The notes under the pieces: model-generated
The model's database searches: none
Told to the model about the DNA's origin: nothing
The model's input: the letters and a program-made list of their open reading frames with translations, nothing else
NCBI GenBank assembly: GCA_049513715.1
Contig: JBEKVV010000003.1
Coordinates: forward strand, 352,001 to 416,000
Length of the DNA: 64,000 nucleotides
Direction of reading: 5' to 3'
From: Candidatus Bathyarchaeia archaeon
Lineage (GTDB): Archaea > Thermoproteota > Bathyarchaeia > 40CM-2-53-6
Shown here: positions 58,594-64,000 of the stretch, in pieces
How positions within the stretch are numbered: position 1 is the first letter of the stretch
Layout: every line of letters starts with the position of its first letter
Translations under genes and position numbers: made by a program

Positions 58594-58701
58594 TTCCAAA
58601 TGCGGAATGGACTGCATCTACTTCATCAGCTGATCAGCTACCTGTCCTAGAGTTCCGACGGCGACAATCAGAAACGCCTCTTAAATTACCACAAGGCGCA
58701 C

Positions 58702-59868
58702 TTGCCTCGAACGAATTTGAGGGATGTTTACGTTACTGGCGTTGCGTTGACAAAGTTTGGGAAACGCCCAGATATGGGGCTGGTTGAACTTGCCGTTGAC
58801 GCAGGTTTAGGTGCCCTGAAAGATGCAGCGCAAGAGAACTTGAAGGTTGATGCAGTTTATGTGGGCAATGCCGCGTCGGGGCAACTATGTGGAATGGAGA
58901 ACCTTGGCCCCATAGTTGCAGAACGTCTAGGTTTGCTCCCATGTGAGGCTCAGAGAATCGAGGCCACGACCGCCTCGGGCTCATGCGCTTTCAAAGAAGC
59001 CTACCGAGAAATCGCAGGTGGTTTCTTGGATACGGTCCTCGTGGTCGGAGCCGAGAAGATGACGCATATACCCACGGAAGATGCAACCAAGGTGCTCGCG
59101 TCCAGCATGACCCACCCAACCGGCGAAACTGTGCACGGAGCGAGTATGCCCTCTTTGGCAGCTATGTTCACACGAAGGTATCTTGAGAAATTCAACCTCT
59201 CAACCAAGCATTTGGCCCTCGTGGCCGTAAAGAATCACGCCAACGCCCTACTGAACCCCTACGCCCAATTCCAAAAAAAGATTACAATCGAAGACGCATT
59301 GTCCTCCCCCATAGTTGCCGAGCCGTTGCGAGTAACAGACTGCGCACCTATGACCGACGGGGCTGCAGCGGTTCTACTGCAGGCCAAGCCAACATCCAGA
59401 GTGCCAGTTAGGATTCGAGGGGTTGGGCATTCGACTGATAGGCAGATGTTCTACCAGCGATCTGAGGAATTCGCTATTCCTGCTCTGAAAGATGCTGCTC
59501 GGAAAGCGTTCCAAAGTGCTCAGTTAACCCCCAGCGACATCGATGTCGCAGAACTCCATGATGCTTTCACGGTTCTGGAAATCGTGGAAAGCGAGGATGT
59601 CGGTTTCTTCCCGAAAGGTGAAGGCGCAAAAGCCTTGGAAGACGGAGTCACTCAGATTGGCGGTCGACTGCCAATCAACACCGGTGGGGGGCTGAAAGCG
59701 CGTGGCCATCCCCTCGGAGCCACTGGGGTTGCGCAGATTGTGGAATTGACTTGGCAACTGAGGGGCGAGGCGGAGCAGAGGCAGGTCGCCGATGCTAAGG
59801 CCGCGCTCGCATGTAATTTTGCTGGGCTTGGAAACAGTGTGGTCGTAACGATTCTGGATAGGAGTTGA
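58702..59868 (+). CDS. Thiolase-like (SCP-x/archaeal type) protein lacking the nucleophilic Cys
   Basis: VVGAEKM, VAVKNH.NA..NPYAQF, C.P.TDGAAA, ELHDAF, N.GGGLKARGHPLGATG; EATTASG at the EAACASG position. Confidence 0.9.
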   Translation: MPRTNLRDVYVTGVALTKFGKRPDMGLVELAVDAGLGALKDAAQENLKVDAVYVGNAASGQLCGMENLGPIVAERLGLLPCEAQRIEATTASGSCAFKEAYREIAGGFLDTVLVVGAEKMTHIPTEDATKVLASSMTHPTGETVHGASMPSLAAMFTRRYLEKFNLSTKHLALVAVKNHANALLNPYAQFQKKITIEDALSSPIVAEPLRVTDCAPMTDGAAAVLLQAKPTSRVPVRIRGVGHSTDRQMFYQRSEEFAIPALKDAARKAFQSAQLTPSDIDVAELHDAFTVLEIVESEDVGFFPKGEGAKALEDGVTQIGGRLPINTGGGLKARGHPLGATGVAQIVELTWQLRGEAEQRQVADAKAALACNFAGLGNSVVVTILDRS

Positions 59869-60233
59869 GGAACATGGGATCTGTTGCGGAACAAATGATT
59901 CGCGAAAAAAAACTGCTAGGGTCGAAGTGTGATCGGTGTGGGTATGTAGGGTTCCCGGCAATTAGCGTCTGCCCCAAATGCGGGCCTGGATACTTGGACC
60001 ATGTGAAGCTAGCGGAACTTCCCACAAAGGGCGCAGTGGTCACTTGGACGAAACTTAGGGTTGCGCCGAAGGGTTTCCCCTCACCACTGCTTCACTGTGT
60101 TCTTGATTTAGGAATCGTGAAAATACTTGGCACGGTGCAGGGAACTGAGGAAATTCGGCTTGGGGAAAAAATGGTGATCATGGAGGATACGTCTGGTCGA
60201 TTTCCTTACGTATTCTGGCGTCCCACATCGTGA
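59865..60233 (+). CDS. DUF35 Zn-ribbon/OB-fold protein (thiolase partner)
   Basis: CDRCG..FP...CPKCG, G.V.TWT.....P.GF; overlaps the thiolase stop. Confidence 0.88.
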   Translation: MRNMGSVAEQMIREKKLLGSKCDRCGYVGFPAISVCPKCGPGYLDHVKLAELPTKGAVVTWTKLRVAPKGFPSPLLHCVLDLGIVKILGTVQGTEEIRLGEKMVIMEDTSGRFPYVFWRPTS

Positions 60234-60304
60234 CGGCGTATTCCTAAGCTGAACAATGAAAACCCTATCACTCCTCACCCCCTCTACAATCGAGTGATAG
60301 GGCT

Positions 60305-61165
60305 TTGATTCTCGTAACAGGCGCCGCAGGAAAGACTGGCAAAGCAGTCATTAGAGCACTTGTTTCTAAACGGCAACAGATGCGCGCTCTGGTTCACCGC
60401 AAAGAACAGGCGGAGCTTGTCCAATCCTTGGGAGCGAAAGAGGTGGTCGTCGGAGATATGCAGTCATCAAACACAATAGCCGAAGCAACACGCGGAGTGA
60501 GCGCTATCTATCATATTTGCTCAAACATGAACCCAGCTGAGGTTCAGATCGGCAGAGCGATGATTTCCGCATCGAAATCCGCCAAAGTCAACCATTTCGT
60601 TTTCCATTCTGTCTTACACCCACAAGCGGAGACCATGCCACACCATTGGAACAAGATGCGGGTTGAGGAAGCGCTCTTAGAGTCTCAGCTTTCCTACACA
60701 ATACTGCAACCTGCCTCCTACATGCAGAACATCCTAGCCAATTGGCGAGACGTAGTCGAACGCGGTGTCTACTCGGTTCCGTATTCATTGGAAGCGCGTA
60801 TGAGCATGGTTGACTTGGACGATGTGGCCGAAGCCGCCGCAAAAGTGCTCTCGGAGCCGGGGCATGTTGGTGCTACGTATGAGTTGGCCGGGCCGGAGGC
60901 ACTCACTCAAACCCAGACCGCTGCTGTCCTGAGCAAGCAACTCGGGCGCGAAGTTCGCGCGGAACGGATGAGCGTTGAAAACTGGAAGCGCCGCGCTTTG
61001 AATTCTGGGCTCGGACCTTACCAGATTGATACACTCATCAGGATGTTCGAGTATTACGACCGCCACGGGTTCTGGGGCAACCCGCGCGAGCTGAGCGGCC
61101 TCATTCACCGCCCCCCTACTAAGTTCGAGGAATTCGTTCGACGAATCAAAGAGAAAACTGCTTGA
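60305..61165 (+). CDS. NmrA-like NAD(P)-binding protein
   Basis: ILVTGAAGKTG, HH..K..VEE.L, TILQP..YMQN, D..DVA, Y.L.GPE. Confidence 0.88.
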   Translation: MILVTGAAGKTGKAVIRALVSKRQQMRALVHRKEQAELVQSLGAKEVVVGDMQSSNTIAEATRGVSAIYHICSNMNPAEVQIGRAMISASKSAKVNHFVFHSVLHPQAETMPHHWNKMRVEEALLESQLSYTILQPASYMQNILANWRDVVERGVYSVPYSLEARMSMVDLDDVAEAAAKVLSEPGHVGATYELAGPEALTQTQTAAVLSKQLGREVRAERMSVENWKRRALNSGLGPYQIDTLIRMFEYYDRHGFWGNPRELSGLIHRPPTKFEEFVRRIKEKTA

Positions 61166-61197
61166 GGAATACACATTCCAAGTGGATAGTGTTCCGC

Positions 61198-62295
61198 TCA
61201 TTCTAGAGTTGCTGTTGAGACTGAATAGACCGGGGGTAACCATTGAGCCAGCGTCCTCCAGCTCTTACCTTCGTCAGAGCTGTTGAATACGTGACCCATT
61301 CGAGTACCGACGTACAAGCCCGCGGGCTCTAGCTGGTCTGAGGCAAGGCCTTCCCGGTAGCAACCCAAGTACGCGTTTTCAGCAGGCAATCCCTTCCCGA
61401 GTTTCCTCCAAGCCCTACCAGCGTTCGCTGTTCCGTAAACCGTGAATTGGCGTTTTGCGGCCACGCGGAAGAAATCACCCTCCTCCGGAACAACGTAGAA
61501 CCGTTCAGATTTGTGCGGGTGCGCCGCCATCGGAAAACCGAACCCACTTGGCAATCCCTTGGAGACCTCAACCCAACTCTCCGCCGCGTCCTCAGAACGG
61601 TAGACGCCGCAATGATTCTGTTGATACAGATAGTCCGGGTTGTTTGGGTCCATAACGAGTTTGTGTACGCATTGCCCAAACTCAGGGTACTTTTCAGGCA
61701 GGAAGTCTGCGCGCACGTTCTTGTTCTTGGGAACCCAACTCTTCCCCCCATCTTCGGATTTGAAAACTCCGACCGCAGAAATCCCCACGTAGATTCGTTT
61801 TGGTTTTGACGGATCGATTACAATTGAATGAAGGCATAGACCGCCTGCGCCTGGCTGCCACTGCGAGTGAGTAGGATGCGTGTTCAAATTTTCGTTCATT
61901 TTCCAGGAATCTCCTTCGTCGTCGCTTCGAAAGAGCGCTCCCGGGGCCACACCTGCATAAACAACACCTGGCTCGTCCGCGTGACCTGGTTCCACGTGCC
62001 AAACGTGCTCAACCGTCGACCCCGCTCCTTCAGCGAAGCGGGGTGGATTCTTGGCGTTCTCCCATGTTTTCCCGAAATTCTTCGAGCGGAAAACTGTCGG
62101 CCCGAAGTGGCCGCTGTTCACGGCGGCGTAAATTGTCTTCCCATCGCGTCTGTCTAGTGCCATGTGAAAAACTGGAGAATTCTCGAAGTAGGGTCCTCTC
62201 ATCTTCCATTTCTTGCGTCGTGAATCGGATTCAAAGATGAAGGCGCCTTTTCTGGATCCAACCAGCGCTAAGACGCCCCGTTTTCTAGATGGCAT
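61198..62295 (-). CDS. BNR/Asp-box beta-propeller protein (sialidase-fold, function unknown)
   Basis: Repeated S.D.G.(T/S)W Asp boxes; GLCLHSI, GQCVHK, QQNHCG motifs. Confidence 0.85.
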   Translation of the reverse strand: MPSRKRGVLALVGSRKGAFIFESDSRRKKWKMRGPYFENSPVFHMALDRRDGKTIYAAVNSGHFGPTVFRSKNFGKTWENAKNPPRFAEGAGSTVEHVWHVEPGHADEPGVVYAGVAPGALFRSDDEGDSWKMNENLNTHPTHSQWQPGAGGLCLHSIVIDPSKPKRIYVGISAVGVFKSEDGGKSWVPKNKNVRADFLPEKYPEFGQCVHKLVMDPNNPDYLYQQNHCGVYRSEDAAESWVEVSKGLPSGFGFPMAAHPHKSERFYVVPEEGDFFRVAAKRQFTVYGTANAGRAWRKLGKGLPAENAYLGCYREGLASDQLEPAGLYVGTRMGHVFNSSDEGKSWRTLAQWLPPVYSVSTATLE

Positions 62296-62438
62296 TTAGC
62301 GAGTTCCCTCCGAACGCAGCTGAGGGTGTATACTGTATAGTATTTGAATCCTACAGGGATCGAGAGTATAGCTGCCCTAACTTGCGTCCAGCGAAGTAGT
62401 CCCATTTCGCAAGTTATCTTGTATAGGTTGACCTTGCA

Positions 62439-62714
62439 TCAGCCGCCCGCTACAGCGGGGATTATTTGCAGACGGTCACCGTCTTTGAGCTTCGTGTTCA
62501 AGCCTTCCCCTTGTCTGATTTCATTCTTGTTTACGAATATGTTCACGTACCGTCTAACTTGTCTATCTTCGTCCAAAATGAAGGCCTTCAAACCAGGAAA
62601 CATTTCGTCTAGTCTCGAAACTGCTTGCTCAACCGTGACCGCATCTAGGCTGATTTCTGAATTATCTTGAGTATACTGCCGGAGAGCAGCCGGAATTGTG
62701 ACAGTTACTCTCAA
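62439..62714 (-). CDS. MoaD/SAMP ubiquitin-like protein
   Basis: V.IP.ALR.YT, FPGL...ILDE....RRYVNIFVN..EIR, IIPAVAGG; TTG 62714 preferred. Confidence 0.9.
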   Translation of the reverse strand: MRVTVTIPAALRQYTQDNSEISLDAVTVEQAVSRLDEMFPGLKAFILDEDRQVRRYVNIFVNKNEIRQGEGLNTKLKDGDRLQIIPAVAGG

Positions 62715-62789
62715 TTGAACCAAGCCGAAGAATGTCTGTAAGTGATTATTCATATCTAGTTTTTGAAAATGGCCCTCAGAGGCTGTCAG

Positions 62790-63770
62790 CTACTTTTTCG
62801 ACAGGATTTCTGGGTTAACTGGGTTAGGTGGAATTTGCCCTTTCAAGCCTGAGATTAAATTGTCCGCGGCCATCAGACCCATTTTTGTTCTCGTGGCCAC
62901 GGTTGCGCTGGCAATGTGCGGGGTAATGATGACATTGCTTAGTGATAGGAGGGGGTGGTTTGAGGGTATTGGCTCAGGCTCAGTCACGTCTAAAGCTGCG
63001 AACGCAATCTTCCTATCCCTCAGTGCCTCGAACAGAGCTATGTTGTCAACTATCGGGCCTCGTGCAGTGTTAACGAGCACCGCCGTTTTCTTCATCCTGG
63101 CGAGTTCCTTGGCTCCGATTAAATTGTGGGTTTCTGTCGTCAGGTTCGTGTGAACAGTGACGAAATCAGATTCGGTCAGTAACCTCTCGAATTCAGCATA
63201 CTCTACGCCGAGCTCCTTCTCGACCTCATCCGCTCGGCGGAGATCATAGTAGAGTGATTTCATGCCGAAGCCTTGTGCTCGCCGCGCGACCGCCCTTCCG
63301 ATCCTTCCAAAACCAATAATCCCCAAGGTTGCGCCGTGTATATCCTGGCCGAGTAGAATCAATGGGCCCCACGTTTTCCAATTGCCCGCTCTAACTAGTT
63401 TGTCCCCTTCCACGATACGCCGCGCTGCAGCCATCATGAGCGCAAATGCAAGGTCAGCGGCAGTTTCTGTCAGAACATCGGGGGTGTTGGTAACGATTAT
63501 TCCGCGCCTCGTGGCTTCAACAACATCCACGTTATCGTAGCCCACTGCGTAATTGCTGACTACCCGCAGCTTTGGCGCCTTATTCATCAGCTCCGCGTCA
63601 ACTTTGTCCGTAAGAAGACACAATAGGCCTTCAACGTCTCGAACATGTTCAAGCAGCACTTGCCGTCCCGGAGGAACCTCCCCCTCCCACACTTTGGTAT
63701 CGCAGAATGACCGAATCCGTTCCATGGCTTCCTCTGGCAGCAGCCTTGTCACGTAGACTTTTGGTTTCAT
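62790..63770 (-). CDS. gyaR: Glyoxylate reductase / D-2-hydroxyacid dehydrogenase
   Basis: AVGYDNVDV, TNTPDVLTET.AD, GIIGFGRIG, NTARG, LDV.EPEP, TPHIASAT. Confidence 0.88.
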   Translation of the reverse strand: MKPKVYVTRLLPEEAMERIRSFCDTKVWEGEVPPGRQVLLEHVRDVEGLLCLLTDKVDAELMNKAPKLRVVSNYAVGYDNVDVVEATRRGIIVTNTPDVLTETAADLAFALMMAAARRIVEGDKLVRAGNWKTWGPLILLGQDIHGATLGIIGFGRIGRAVARRAQGFGMKSLYYDLRRADEVEKELGVEYAEFERLLTESDFVTVHTNLTTETHNLIGAKELARMKKTAVLVNTARGPIVDNIALFEALRDRKIAFAALDVTEPEPIPSNHPLLSLSNVIITPHIASATVATRTKMGLMAADNLISGLKGQIPPNPVNPEILSKK

Positions 63771-64000
63771 CTAATCTGCCTCGGAAATGATGCGATTGAA
63801 TGCCTCACTTATGGTGATGACCGTTATCTCTTTGCCTCGAAGCCCGAAAGAGTCGGGTACTGCGGAGGCTTTTCAACTCTCACCAAGTGAAGGAGCGGTT
63901 GAACTATGGCAGGCTTGCTAAGCGCCCACGGCCACACATCGAATCCCTCTCAGATTTGATATTCGGGGTTCCTCTGTCGATTGGGGCAACATCCGTAATC

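Noticed and set aside
63840..63903. Hairpins near the window end as an ncRNA
   Set aside because: Short imperfect stems with no recognisable tRNA, SRP or riboswitch features; context truncated.
1..64000. CRISPR arrays, rRNA, tRNA, IS elements, and the many short antisense ORFs in the track
   Set aside because: No periodic repeats, RNA-gene signatures or transposase motifs seen by eye; the short ORFs are shadows of well-supported genes.

Overview
A gene-dense archaeal window. TrmB regulator, SAMP/MoaD-type C-terminal GG proteins, TATA-like promoters, many TTG starts and a split methylmalonyl-CoA mutase point to Archaea; a Bathyarchaeia-like lineage is only a guess. Almost all of it is catabolism of nucleosides and N-heterocycles: two BMP-type ABC importers, a nucleoside phosphorylase, three xanthine-dehydrogenase-family Mo-enzyme sets, five amidohydrolases, an M20 hydrolase, two nitrilase-family hydrolases, a UbiD, a cyclase, FdrA/YlbE(x2)/YlbF, a TudS/DUF523-like pair, a mutase/epimerase pair and a thiolase-like/DUF35 pair. 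The standout is an HpdBCA-type glycyl-radical decarboxylase system (large subunit, Fe-S small subunit, activase). It lies directly downstream of a Mo-hydroxylase large subunit, and both catalytic glutamates of 4-hydroxyphenylacetate decarboxylase appear replaced (E->Q, E->N), which points to a new substrate. Several other enzymes also have altered catalytic motifs. I saw no rRNA, tRNA, CRISPR array or transposase. All family calls come from motif recognition by eye, not database searches.
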